Shown: positions 28,081-37,929 of the stretch, one piece after another | Numbering within the stretch: position 1 is the first letter of the stretch | Layout of the letters: every line of letters starts with the position of its first letter | Virus record (IMG/VR): IMGVR_UViG_3300031957_002411 | Coordinates: 1-64,000 of that record | Direction: 5' to 3' (one strand) | Origin: a virus | DNA length: 64,000 bases | The notes under the pieces: generated by a model | What the model saw: only the letters and a program-made list of their open reading frames with translations | Told to the model about the DNA's origin: nothing | Database searches by the model: none | Translations under genes and position numbers: made by a program

Positions 28081-28457
28081 TAAAGGAATCAAGACTAAAT
28101 TTCATATTTATTCTTGTAGTAGCTTTTGCTTCATACATGGCGTTCAATCAAAAGTCTGCAAACATAGATGGTGGAACTCCATATAGTTGTAATACAGAAG
28201 ATATTACAAACATGTACGCAGACTACATTCAAAAATGGAAACAAGAGGTCAATATTGCATTTAATGAAGCTGAAGAAGAAATTATAGATATTGATACTCC
28301 AGATATTGTTGGTCCAGATCCAGATCCAAAAAAATGTATTTGTGGTGGATCGGGATGGATCAAACAAGGCGATGGTCATAAAACAAAATGCCCTTATCAT
28401 GGAACAGGGATGGGTGATATTATAGAAAAAAATGGATTAATTTTACATAGACATTAA
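28077..28457 (+). CDS. membrane-anchored protein with Cys cluster
   Basis: N-terminal TM; CICGGSG..GDGH..CPYH. Confidence 0.65.
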   Translation: MIKESRLNFIFILVVAFASYMAFNQKSANIDGGTPYSCNTEDITNMYADYIQKWKQEVNIAFNEAEEEIIDIDTPDIVGPDPDPKKCICGGSGWIKQGDGHKTKCPYHGTGMGDIIEKNGLILHRH

Positions 28458-28467
28458 GATTGGAGAT

Positions 28468-28758
28468 ATGATGGAAGTAGAAATGATACTAAGAATATCA
28501 GCTGTTGTTATTGCTGCTATGTTATTATTTGGAAATGTAGATATATCATATTGGAAAAATAAATTTACAGCACTCTTTAAAAGAAAACCAAGACCAGTTA
28601 TTGATGAGATAGAAGTAGAAAACGATAAAGCTTTCCTAGATATTGTAGATCTGTGGTATTCTCTGAGAAATAAATGCTCAGACCAAGAACTAACTCAGGC
28701 TGTAGAAAAATTGGACGAGGTATTTCCATTATTGAATGCGGAGAATGAAGATGCTTAA
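28468..28758 (+). CDS. single-TM hypothetical protein
   Basis: ILRISAVVIAAMLLF segment. Confidence 0.6.
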   Translation: MMEVEMILRISAVVIAAMLLFGNVDISYWKNKFTALFKRKPRPVIDEIEVENDKAFLDIVDLWYSLRNKCSDQELTQAVEKLDEVFPLLNAENEDA

Positions 28759-29221
28759 AAAGATTGTAATAATTACACTTTTAGCTTACGGTGTATTTGG
28801 AGGCGGTTTGTTGGATATTCTAGACAAACTGCCTAAACCAGATCCTAAACCTAATCCACCAGCTAAAATATTAAACATTGACACGCCTAGTCAAGATGTA
28901 ATTGATAGAGTAAAATTATTTTCCGACATAGTAACTGATCCTACTGATAAAGCTAAACTGGCGATTTTTAATTATGAATTTGCAACTAGAGTGTTGTCTT
29001 ATGACATAACATCTCAGCAGACAAATGATGTCTATACACTTGCTGGTAAGAAATTTTTTAAAAAAGCACTAGTAGATAAGTATGAAGGTCTAGCAGAAAA
29101 CATCGTAGATCTTCTAACAGAATGTATAGGGGAAGAAAATCACACACTCTCACAAAAGGAGAAGGAATCACTTCATGAGTATTTCTTAGCGGTAGCTTGG
29201 GTTCTAATACAGAAAGGTTAA
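28751..29221 (+). CDS. membrane-anchored/exported hypothetical protein
   Basis: N-terminal hydrophobic segment, PKPDPKPNPP linker. Confidence 0.6.
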   Translation: MLKKIVIITLLAYGVFGGGLLDILDKLPKPDPKPNPPAKILNIDTPSQDVIDRVKLFSDIVTDPTDKAKLAIFNYEFATRVLSYDITSQQTNDVYTLAGKKFFKKALVDKYEGLAENIVDLLTECIGEENHTLSQKEKESLHEYFLAVAWVLIQKG

Positions 29222-29225
29222 GTAT

Positions 29226-29849
29226 ATGTCACCTAGAGAAATATATGAAAATATATCTAATTTATTTAACGGAGAAGGTATTGTAGTCAAAGGATTTAAG
29301 ATTACATCAAAAACCCCAACTGTTGCTACTGTAAGATATGATAATGAAATTGCACATATTACATTTGGCGAGAATCAACCTAAAGCAGAAATTACAAAAA
29401 TAATTACAATTTATGCATACATTGAAAAAATAGTTTTTGGGCCAGAAGGTGGATCAATTAAGTTAAGAAACTTTCCAGACTTTAGTTTTAGTTATGCAGA
29501 AGAATTATCTACAACTTGTGCCACGTTTGACAACTCTGATATTTGCAATGAAATAGAAGTAAAATATTGTAAAAAATCTTACAAAGATATTGCTAAAAAG
29601 TGCTTGCAATATTCAGAAGAATGGGCTACAATGTCTATGTGTAATGGTATAACTTTTGATAATGCCGATTATTTTGATAGATGGAGACTTAAGGATCAGT
29701 GCTATAACTTTGTATATGAAAATGCAGTCGAAGAGGCAGAAGAAAAATACGGATCAATTATATTGACATGGATTTTCCTGTATGTCATCTTACCAACTAT
29801 CATAAGATGGATTGTAAATAGATTTTTAGATAAATTATTTGATACTTAA
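29226..29849 (+). CDS. hypothetical protein with C-terminal TM
   Basis: YGSIILTWIFLYVILPTIIRWI. Confidence 0.6.
   Translation: MSPREIYENISNLFNGEGIVVKGFKITSKTPTVATVRYDNEIAHITFGENQPKAEITKIITIYAYIEKIVFGPEGGSIKLRNFPDFSFSYAEELSTTCATFDNSDICNEIEVKYCKKSYKDIAKKCLQYSEEWATMSMCNGITFDNADYFDRWRLKDQCYNFVYENAVEEAEEKYGSIILTWIFLYVILPTIIRWIVNRFLDKLFDT
29604..29632 (+). promoter_or_regulatory. possible intragenic sigma70-type promoter for the RNR block
   Basis: TTGCAA-17 nt-TACAAT about 240 nt upstream of the RNR start. Confidence 0.35.
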
Positions 29850-29869
29850 AGAAAACACGGAGCTAGTAA

Positions 29870-32053
29870 ATGTCACTCAAGTCACTGATGAGTTATACGT
29901 TCGTATCTAAATATGCGAGGTGGGATGAAAAAAAATTAAGAAGAGAAACATGGGGCGAATCAGTAGATAGAGTAAGGCAAATGATGGTTGATAAGTATGG
30001 AGATACGCCAGAAGTATCTAAGGCCATTGACCAAGCTTATGGTGACATGAAAAAGAAAAAGATCCTTGGCTCACAAAGAGCTTTACAGTTTGGTGGATCT
30101 CCAGTATTTAAACACAATGCTAGAATATATAATTGTATTGCGTCGTATATTGATAGAGTAAGATTCTTTCAAGAATGTATGTATTTACTATTATGTGGAT
30201 GTGGTACTGGATTCTCTGTACAAAAACATCACATAGCCAAACTCCCTAATCTAATTAAAGAGAAAACAGGTCAGAAAAAATATGTAATTAAGGACTCCAT
30301 AGAGGGATGGTCAGATGCTGTAGGTGTTCTTGTCTCTAGTTATTTTAAGGGGTGTGACTTATTCCCAGAATACAGCGGTAAGAACGTGATGTTTGATTAT
30401 TCAGAAATCAGACCAGCAGGTGCATACCTCAAATCCAGTGGTGGAAAAGCACCCGGACCAGACCCTCTTAAAAATGCCTTGACACATATTAAAAAGGTTT
30501 TAGACTTGGCAGTTAAGAATGGTCAAAAAAAGATTACTCCAATCCAAGCATATGATATAGTAATGTATAGTGCAGACGCAGTAATCAGCGGAGGGGTTCG
30601 TCGTAGTGCTACGATCTGCGTATTTTCTGGTGATGATGAAGAGATGGCAAAAGCTAAAACTGGTAATTGGTTTACAGAAAATCCACAACGTGGAAGATCT
30701 AACAATTCTGCGCTATTGTTACGAGGCGAAACAACTAAAGAACAATTCGCCACATTGATGGAGTCAGTTAAAGAGTTTGGAGAACCCGGATTCGTGTGGT
30801 CTGATTCTACAGAACTGATTGTAAACCCTTGCGTAGAAATTGGCATGTGGCCTGTTGATGAACAAACTGGTGAAACTGGTTGGCAAGCATGTAATCTTTC
30901 TACAATTAACTGTGCCAAAGTAACCACAAAGAAAGAATTCTACAAAGCCTGTGAATCTGCTGCAATTATTGGCACACTACAAGCTGGATTTGCTAGTTTC
31001 CCATACCTTGGGGAAGTGTCAGAAAGAATTATTAGTCGTGAAGCTTTGCTTGGCGTATCAATGACAGGAGTTATGGAACAGCATGAAATATGTCTTGATC
31101 CAGAAGTGCAAAAGAAAGGTGCAGAGATAGTAAAAGAAACTAATGCTAAATTAGCAAAATGTATTGGCATTAATCAAGCGGCTCGTACAACTTGTGTTAA
31201 ACCAGAAGGTACATCTAGTTGCATCCTTGGCACATCTTCTGGCATTCACCCACATCACGCTAAGAGATACATCCGTAGAGTCCAAGCAAATAAAATGGAG
31301 CCTATATACCAGTATTTTAAAACTATCAATCCTAGAGCGTGTGAAGAGTCTGTATGGTCTAATAATGACTCAGATGATGTAGTTTCTTTTTGCGTAGAAG
31401 TTCCAGACGGTGCAAAAATTAAAAATCAAGTTGGTGCTGTTGATTTACTTGAATATGTCAAGAGTACACAACGTAATTGGGTTATTACTGGCACGAATCC
31501 AAAACAATGTACCCAGCCTTGGTTAACACATAATGTATCTAATACTATAAATGTTAAGCCAGATGAATGGGAAGATGTAACAGATTTTATTTATAAGCAT
31601 CGTAAATATTTTTGTGGTGTTTCCCTGCTTCCAATTGCTGGTGATAAAGATTATGCACAAGCACCTTTCACAACTGTGTATTTACCTAGTGAGCAAATAC
31701 AGCATTATGGAGATGCAGCGATGTTTGTAAGTGGTCTAATAGAAGTTGGACTATCTTTGTATGAAGATAACTTATGGGCAGCATGTGATAGCTTACTTGG
31801 TGTTGGTCAAAAAGTAAAGGGTAAAGAAAAGATTGCATACAAAGAACGATGCCAAAAATTTTCTGATAAATACATGGATGGCGATCTAAAAAGATTGACA
31901 TACTGTATGAAAGATGTATATAATTGGCATGAATGGTTAGATATTCAGCGTGAGTATAAAGAAGTTGACTATACAAATGTAATCGAAGAACAAAACAATG
32001 TAAATCCAGTACAGGAAGTAGCCTGCGCTGGAGGTAAATGTGATATTATTTAG
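29870..32053 (+). CDS. nrdJ: class II (B12-dependent) ribonucleotide reductase
   Basis: RRETWGESVDRV, YNC, GGVRRSA, NPCVEI, ACNL, TCVKPEGT, C-terminal CAGGKC; no R2 gene nearby. Confidence 0.85.
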   Translation: MSLKSLMSYTFVSKYARWDEKKLRRETWGESVDRVRQMMVDKYGDTPEVSKAIDQAYGDMKKKKILGSQRALQFGGSPVFKHNARIYNCIASYIDRVRFFQECMYLLLCGCGTGFSVQKHHIAKLPNLIKEKTGQKKYVIKDSIEGWSDAVGVLVSSYFKGCDLFPEYSGKNVMFDYSEIRPAGAYLKSSGGKAPGPDPLKNALTHIKKVLDLAVKNGQKKITPIQAYDIVMYSADAVISGGVRRSATICVFSGDDEEMAKAKTGNWFTENPQRGRSNNSALLLRGETTKEQFATLMESVKEFGEPGFVWSDSTELIVNPCVEIGMWPVDEQTGETGWQACNLSTINCAKVTTKKEFYKACESAAIIGTLQAGFASFPYLGEVSERIISREALLGVSMTGVMEQHEICLDPEVQKKGAEIVKETNAKLAKCIGINQAARTTCVKPEGTSSCILGTSSGIHPHHAKRYIRRVQANKMEPIYQYFKTINPRACEESVWSNNDSDDVVSFCVEVPDGAKIKNQVGAVDLLEYVKSTQRNWVITGTNPKQCTQPWLTHNVSNTINVKPDEWEDVTDFIYKHRKYFCGVSLLPIAGDKDYAQAPFTTVYLPSEQIQHYGDAAMFVSGLIEVGLSLYEDNLWAACDSLLGVGQKVKGKEKIAYKERCQKFSDKYMDGDLKRLTYCMKDVYNWHEWLDIQREYKEVDYTNVIEEQNNVNPVQEVACAGGKCDII

Positions 32054-32062
32054 GAGGTTATA

Positions 32063-32488
32063 ATGGTTTTTGTGCATTTTAAATTGTTGAACGGAGTAGC
32101 AACCAAACCAACTAAGGCTCACCGTGGTGACGCTGGCTATGATTTGTACTCATCTGAGGATACAGTCATTGTTGGCAGACAACGTACAACTATAAAAACG
32201 GGAGTCTCTTTAGATATGTCAGAGGGTATGGCTGGATTAATCTGGCCTCGTTCTGGCCTTTCTGTTAAAAAGGGACTAGATGTTTTAGCTGGAGTCGTGG
32301 ACTCTGGCTATAGGGGAGAGATCATGGTTTGTTTATACAATACTTCTGACGAAGATGTAGAAATAAATTGTGGGGATAGAATCGCGCAGATTATATTCCA
32401 AGAGGTTCCTCTAGTTTCTCTAATAGAATCAGAAAAATTAGAGACCTCGCAACGAGGGAGTAATGGTTTTGGCAGCACAGGCATTTAA
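32063..32488 (+). CDS. dut: dUTPase
   Basis: AGYDL, PRSG, GVVDSGYRGE, RIAQ, RGSNGFGSTG. Confidence 0.95.
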   Translation: MVFVHFKLLNGVATKPTKAHRGDAGYDLYSSEDTVIVGRQRTTIKTGVSLDMSEGMAGLIWPRSGLSVKKGLDVLAGVVDSGYRGEIMVCLYNTSDEDVEINCGDRIAQIIFQEVPLVSLIESEKLETSQRGSNGFGSTGI

Positions 32489-33146
32489 TAATAGAAAAAA
32501 GCGTAAAGAACAAAAAGCAAGCAAACCAAACGTTCTGGAGGCTAAGACTGAAAACCAAAAAGATTATATAAGATCAATAGTAGAAAACGACGTTGTTTTC
32601 TGTACTGGACCTTCTGGTAGTGGTAAATCATTTATCGCTGCTGGAATTGCAGCACAAAAGATTTTAAAAGACGAGATAGACATGATCATTGTAACTCGTC
32701 CTTTAGTTTGTGCAGGTAAAGATATTGGATCTTTGCCGGGAGAACTGAATGAGAAAATTAAACCTTATCTACAACCTATGGAAGAAAATCTACGTTACTT
32801 TCTAGGTAGAGATAAGTTTGGTTATTATTTCAATCAGCGTAGGATAAGATTTGAGCCGTTAGAAACAATGCGTGGATCTACGTTTCATGATTCTTACATG
32901 ATTTTAGATGAAGCGCAAAACTGTACACTAGAACAAATTAAAATGTTTGTTACACGTATGGGTAGACATTCTAAAGCTCTTATAAATGGTGATAATAAAC
33001 AGACAGATATCTATAAATATACTGGATTAGATACCTGTATGCAAAAATTATCCAATGTTACTGGGGTCGGAATCTCTAAATTAGAGTATCATGATATACA
33101 GAGGAATGGAATTATTGGGGCAGTATTGTACGCACTGGAGAGTTAA
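32463..33146 (+). CDS. phoH: PhoH-family ATPase
   Basis: GPSGSGKS, TRP, LPG, MRGSTF, LDEAQN, TRMG, GD..QTD. Confidence 0.92.
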   Translation: MVLAAQAFNNRKKRKEQKASKPNVLEAKTENQKDYIRSIVENDVVFCTGPSGSGKSFIAAGIAAQKILKDEIDMIIVTRPLVCAGKDIGSLPGELNEKIKPYLQPMEENLRYFLGRDKFGYYFNQRRIRFEPLETMRGSTFHDSYMILDEAQNCTLEQIKMFVTRMGRHSKALINGDNKQTDIYKYTGLDTCMQKLSNVTGVGISKLEYHDIQRNGIIGAVLYALES

Positions 33147-33484
33147 TGTTATACGATTATGGATGCCACGAATGTGGTGAGACTCTAAAGGATGTCAAAC
33201 AATCTATTCATGATGAAGCACTAACACTATGCCCATCGTGTGGTAAACATTCCTTAGAAAGAGTACCATATGGTGGGCTAGGTTCTTTTATGAAGCATGG
33301 ATCTAATACTATTGGTAGTCAAGCTGATAAGAACTGGTCTAACATGGGTCATTATCAAAAATCAGAAATTGAGTCTAAACGCAAGAGAGATCCTGCGGCA
33401 GAAAAGAAAAGGCAAGAGCGAAAAGAAATTAATAAAATGACAGCAAAGCAAAAGGAAAGGTATATAAAAACAGGTGAAAAATGA
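33146..33484 (+). CDS. FmdB-type zinc-ribbon protein
   Basis: YDYGCHECG...CPSCG. Confidence 0.75.
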   Translation: MLYDYGCHECGETLKDVKQSIHDEALTLCPSCGKHSLERVPYGGLGSFMKHGSNTIGSQADKNWSNMGHYQKSEIESKRKRDPAAEKKRQERKEINKMTAKQKERYIKTGEK

Positions 33485-33819
33485 AATACGTTGAAAAATA
33501 CTCTGTAAAAGATGACAAAAAAGAAACTGACAATAAGCAATATAATTCTTATGGAGAAACAGTGTCAACAGGAGAAGAGAAGATTTATGCAGAATACAAA
33601 GCTATAACTCTATCAGACAGTGTTCAAAAAAAGTTTTTTGTGCTTACATCTAATGGAAGTCTATTTGACCCAAGAGGAACAGATAGCCATAGAATAAATA
33701 CCATTCGTACAGAACTAAAGTCAACATCAAAACAAACATTTGATTATTATTTACAATATCTTAAAACTAAAAATACTTTATACATGCGTAGAGCAGAGAG
33801 GAGTTTTATCAATGGCTAA
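33481..33819 (+). CDS. hypothetical protein
   Basis: ATGA overlap; LFDP, FDYYLQYL. Confidence 0.65.
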   Translation: MKYVEKYSVKDDKKETDNKQYNSYGETVSTGEEKIYAEYKAITLSDSVQKKFFVLTSNGSLFDPRGTDSHRINTIRTELKSTSKQTFDYYLQYLKTKNTLYMRRAERSFING

Positions 33820-34114
33820 AAAAGGACCAATTAGTAAGATAGAAGCATTCTATATTGAAAGCAAGCAACGAGATCTGACTTTGGCAGAAATTGCAGTTGA
33901 TCTAGATAGGTCAGTATCTTCAATTGAAAAGTATCTCAAGAAATCTGTAGCTGAAGCGCCCAGACAAACTGGTGTTAAAGTTGGCGATCAATTTGCTAGA
34001 AATGACAGAGGTAGCGTTGTAATGACAGAAAATGCTTCACAGATGTCAGACGAAAAAAGAAAGAGTTCTGTTAGAAAACCTCAACATTGTGTAACTAAGA
34101 TTAAGAAGGACTAA
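33812..34114 (+). CDS. hypothetical protein (possible HTH)
   Basis: GAGGAG RBS; LAEIAVDLDRSVSSIEKY. Confidence 0.6.
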   Translation: MAKKGPISKIEAFYIESKQRDLTLAEIAVDLDRSVSSIEKYLKKSVAEAPRQTGVKVGDQFARNDRGSVVMTENASQMSDEKRKSSVRKPQHCVTKIKKD

Positions 34115-34551
34115 TGAGCTATATTTTTGGTAAAGATCAATGGCTAATACGTTATCGCAAACCAGAGAACAGAAGGAAGATCTGGATTTATGTAGTGACC
34201 TCTGATGGTCAAGACATATTTATGGATGACTACAAGCACTGGTTAACATTCCAAGATTATATTGATAAGAATAATTTACAAATTAAAAAGATTGGTCTAC
34301 AATTCAAGTCAACAGTAGTACAGCATGACGTTGAAGATGCTGAAGCAGTGTATGTTATAAAATCTGTAAAAGGAGAATTACATGCAGAAACTCTTCAGTG
34401 CTACACTTTGGGCTTGTTAAAAGATGGAAAAGTTAGTAAAACATTTTACATACTACCTTCCTTGGTACGTGATATAAGATGTGTTGACGATTTTGAAGGT
34501 TGTTTTAAAGAGGCTTTTGTATACAATGTCAGACAGAGCGAAACCATTTAG
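34114..34551 (+). CDS. hypothetical protein
   Basis: TAATG coupling; 145 aa. Confidence 0.6.
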   Translation: MSYIFGKDQWLIRYRKPENRRKIWIYVVTSDGQDIFMDDYKHWLTFQDYIDKNNLQIKKIGLQFKSTVVQHDVEDAEAVYVIKSVKGELHAETLQCYTLGLLKDGKVSKTFYILPSLVRDIRCVDDFEGCFKEAFVYNVRQSETI

Positions 34552-35047
34552 TCAGAAGTATCAAAAGCAATGGTCTGAAACACATAAGTACAAACATATT
34601 CACACTGGTGAGTATTGTACATTTGAATCATACCTTGCTGAATATTTGATTATCAGATGGACAGAAGCTTTCAAGATGGAAAAACCATCTTATAAATTCT
34701 GGACAGTGGGTGATAAATATCATGACATGTTTATGAGAAACATGAAAGCTGCAAAAGGATTGCAAAAAAAGTTTAAAGAGAGTATAATCTTAGAGGCTAT
34801 CAAGTCAGATCACTTCAAGAAAATATATCACATAGGATTAAAAGCGTATGGACCAAGAGGGTGGAAATATAATCAAGTAGCTGTGCAAGCTATTAAGAAC
34901 TATAACAAAGAGGTAAAGGATGCTGAAAAGCTAGCAAATAAATCCAAGCAAACAAAAAAAATAGTTGAAGAAAAGAAAGAAGTCAAAAGAAGAAAACAAG
35001 TATATTCAAAAAGTAAAAAATCATTAAACAAATTGAGGGATCTATGA
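34526..35047 (+). CDS. hypothetical basic protein
   Basis: Start taken as ATG 34526; abuts the recombinase gene. Confidence 0.6.
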   Translation: MSDRAKPFSQKYQKQWSETHKYKHIHTGEYCTFESYLAEYLIIRWTEAFKMEKPSYKFWTVGDKYHDMFMRNMKAAKGLQKKFKESIILEAIKSDHFKKIYHIGLKAYGPRGWKYNQVAVQAIKNYNKEVKDAEKLANKSKQTKKIVEEKKEVKRRKQVYSKSKKSLNKLRDL

Positions 35048-36156
35048 GCAAGTTAAAAAAGAAAAAGATAGCAAACAAATTTGATACCGATGTTGTAAGT
35101 AATTCAATTGTTAGCAAGTATGGCGATGTTGTTTGCACTGGCACAGATGTACTAGAAACTATCAATAGATTAGAGGTTATTGGTGTTTCCCCTGCGTTGG
35201 ATATTGCGCTTGGCGGTGGCTTGAGGGAAGGTTCTGTTGTTGTAATGACAGGCGATCCCAAGTCAGGCAAAACAACAACAGCATTACACTTTGCAGCAAA
35301 GTGTCAAGCCAAAGGAAAGCGTGTGATTTACCTAAATACTGAAGGTAGATTATCAAAACAAAACTTTGATGGTATTAAGGGTCTAGACCCTGAAGGTATT
35401 CTAATTGTGCAATCTACAGATGATAAGATTTTATCAGCAGAAGAATTTTTAAACATTACAGAGTATTATATTAATAATGATCCGGGTTGCTTGATCATTG
35501 CAGATTCGTTGTCCAACATGGTTCCATCAGTAGAGCTAGATGGTGAAGTGCGTACAGGTGTGCGTAACGCATTACCTCGATTGCTATCTATGTTTTTCAA
35601 GCGTATCAGTGGTTCGCTAATGAAGAACAAGACTATTCTCATAGCTGTAACTCATAATATTGCAAATACTGGTGGATCACCATATGCTCCAGCAAAGATG
35701 GCAGACTGTGGCAACATGCTACAGTATCAGGCTGGCACTAATATGGTAATCACACACCGTGGGCGTTGGCAAGTACCAAAAGATACTGGGCCTCACGTTG
35801 GTCAAATTGCCAACTGGAATATCAAAACATCTTGTGCTGGCGGTACTCCCAACAGCACAGCAGAAAGTTGGATTAGATACGGAATTGGTCTAGATGAAGT
35901 CCAAGAAGTAGTTCAAATTGCTTGTGAGTTTAGACTAATAAAAGCCGCTGGAGCTTGGTACACAATACAGTGTGCTGTTGATAACTTAGAAGATCCGGTA
36001 GTACAGAACATACTATCTGCCAATAAAATTTCTGATAAACCAGAAGATATAGAAAGATTTTTTAAATTTCAAGGTGCTAATAATTTAGCGACATTTCTTA
36101 ATGATAATCCAGACATTGCGACATTTGTATACGACAAAATAAAGGAATTATTTTGA
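35044..36156 (+). CDS. RecA/UvsX-like recombinase
   Basis: SPALDIALGGG, GDPKSGKTT Walker A, IIADS Walker B, AAGAWY. Confidence 0.88.
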   Translation: MSKLKKKKIANKFDTDVVSNSIVSKYGDVVCTGTDVLETINRLEVIGVSPALDIALGGGLREGSVVVMTGDPKSGKTTTALHFAAKCQAKGKRVIYLNTEGRLSKQNFDGIKGLDPEGILIVQSTDDKILSAEEFLNITEYYINNDPGCLIIADSLSNMVPSVELDGEVRTGVRNALPRLLSMFFKRISGSLMKNKTILIAVTHNIANTGGSPYAPAKMADCGNMLQYQAGTNMVITHRGRWQVPKDTGPHVGQIANWNIKTSCAGGTPNSTAESWIRYGIGLDEVQEVVQIACEFRLIKAAGAWYTIQCAVDNLEDPVVQNILSANKISDKPEDIERFFKFQGANNLATFLNDNPDIATFVYDKIKELF

Positions 36157-36222
36157 ATATAGAAACTATACTAAATATATGTGCTGGAATTATACTTGCA
36201 AAAATTCTAATAGGAGTTGTTA

Positions 36223-36645
36223 ATGAAGGTTACTGGTATAAATGGCAAAGAATACGCTTGGAATTTAACAAGCTATTCCGTAGACGCAAACGACAAACGC
36301 AAGCGGTCAAAGTTCCACGTTCGCGCAAGAGAACTCTTGAAGACTATCTTCCATAGCTACAGGATACTAGAAGAAGTTAAATTACCGGGAAGTACTGAAT
36401 CGCACAGAAAAGGTGTACTATATTTAGATTTTTATATACCACAGATTATGATGGCTATAGAGGTTCATGGTCAACAACATTATGAATACACACCATTCTT
36501 CCACAAGAATAAAGCAGACTTTGCACTTGCGCAAGCCAAAGATGATGATAAGATTAGATGGTGCGAATTAAATAAAATTGATATAATAGTATTAAAGCAC
36601 TCTGACACAGACGAGCAATGGAGAGATCAAATTGAAAACGGTTAA
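36223..36645 (+). CDS. PD-(D/E)XK / DUF559-like endonuclease
   Basis: EEV, LDFYIP, AIEVHGQQHY, DDDKIRWC. Confidence 0.7.
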   Translation: MKVTGINGKEYAWNLTSYSVDANDKRKRSKFHVRARELLKTIFHSYRILEEVKLPGSTESHRKGVLYLDFYIPQIMMAIEVHGQQHYEYTPFFHKNKADFALAQAKDDDKIRWCELNKIDIIVLKHSDTDEQWRDQIENG

Positions 36646-37093
36646 TGAGCAGTTGGCTGACTTGAAGGCTATGGTTGATGAATTTCTAGGTGGCAATAAC
36701 ACTAGATTTGCTAACTTTAAAGAAGAATTTTTACTAGCTGCTGACTTATCCCAAGAACAGATTAGAGCTTTGACTAAGGACGAATTGTTTGAAAATGGAT
36801 ACATTTTATATAGTTATGCTTCATACATACAGGACGAAATGAACATGCAAAAAATTGCACTAGATTGGTGCAATGATAAGCTAGATAAGATGGTAGCTAA
36901 GAATATAAATGAATTTAACCCATATACTAAACACGACATGCGTAGACAGTTGATTGTCATGAATGACGAGTTCGCAAACGCTGTAGATCACTACAGACAG
37001 ATCGCTCACGCAAGAGTGCAATCATTAGAGGGTAAGGTATACGAACTAAAAAGAAAAGCAGATATATTATTAGAGAAAGGTAAAAGATCATGA
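36632..37093 (+). CDS. helical protein in the recombination block
   Basis: 153-aa coiled-coil-like ORF, TTG start. Confidence 0.55.
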   Translation: MKTVNEQLADLKAMVDEFLGGNNTRFANFKEEFLLAADLSQEQIRALTKDELFENGYILYSYASYIQDEMNMQKIALDWCNDKLDKMVAKNINEFNPYTKHDMRRQLIVMNDEFANAVDHYRQIAHARVQSLEGKVYELKRKADILLEKGKRS

Positions 37094-37509
37094 ATCTAAA
37101 AAGTTTTGTTGATGGTTTAGACAATTCGGAAAGAGAAGAGTTACTAGATATTCTTACAGGACGTATGGATCAGTCTACAACAATGCCACCACACATTGCT
37201 AAGGAGTTTGAGGAAGAAGTTGAAAAACCTCAAAGAGCGCAAGAAGATTTTACAATGCACAAGAATAAAAGTAATAACGGTGTTAAAAATAAGAGAAGAG
37301 AACCAGTAAAAGCTAGAGCAAATACTTGGACAGATACTGGAGAACACAAAGAAGTAGCAACTCCAAATGTGCAAAGGACTCCTAGAAATAGGCCATCGCC
37401 CAAAAAGAAAGATGTTCGATGTAATACTTGTGGCAAAACGTTTAAGGTAAATGCTAGTATTGTGTATGGTGAATACTACAGGTGCGAAAGGTGCGTGGGG
37501 TCACGATAA
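37090..37509 (+). CDS. hypothetical protein with C-terminal zinc finger
   Basis: CNTCG...CERC. Confidence 0.65.
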   Translation: MNLKSFVDGLDNSEREELLDILTGRMDQSTTMPPHIAKEFEEEVEKPQRAQEDFTMHKNKSNNGVKNKRREPVKARANTWTDTGEHKEVATPNVQRTPRNRPSPKKKDVRCNTCGKTFKVNASIVYGEYYRCERCVGSR

Positions 37510-37514
37510 GTATT

Positions 37515-37928
37515 ATGATAAAACGAATAGATTCTAGCCACAATATAGATGAGTACTTTGATTGTGTTAAGGATTTAATGAGAAGTAATGCTAGGCCAGA
37601 TGATGATAAAGAAGCTTTGTCTAAAATCATGTATCCTACAAATAATTATCATGTATATGTTTATATTTATTATGGTAAAATAATTGCTACAAGCGCTATA
37701 ATGTATGAGTACAAAATACGATACACACGACCAAAGGCTTATATTGAAGACGTTGCTGTACACCCAAAGCATAGAGGTAAAGGTCTAGGTAAAAAAATGG
37801 TGGAACACTGCCTGTCTTGTGCTAAAAAAAGAAACTGTTATAAGGTAGTATTGAGTTGTGATGACAATGTTGTAGGTTTTTATGAAAACCTTGGGTTCAA
37901 AAAAGAAATAAACTTTATGGTTAAATAG
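37515..37928 (+). CDS. GNAT, glucosamine-6-phosphate N-acetyltransferase (GNA1)-like
   Basis: EYK, YIEDVAV..HRGKGLGK, CYKVVLSC, FYENLGF. Confidence 0.75.
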   Translation: MIKRIDSSHNIDEYFDCVKDLMRSNARPDDDKEALSKIMYPTNNYHVYVYIYYGKIIATSAIMYEYKIRYTRPKAYIEDVAVHPKHRGKGLGKKMVEHCLSCAKKRNCYKVVLSCDDNVVGFYENLGFKKEINFMVK

Positions 37929-37929
37929 T

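Noticed and set aside
36153-36356. 67-aa TM ORF after the recombinase
   Set aside because: TTG start and about two thirds overlaps the endonuclease gene in another frame; may be real but I cannot support it
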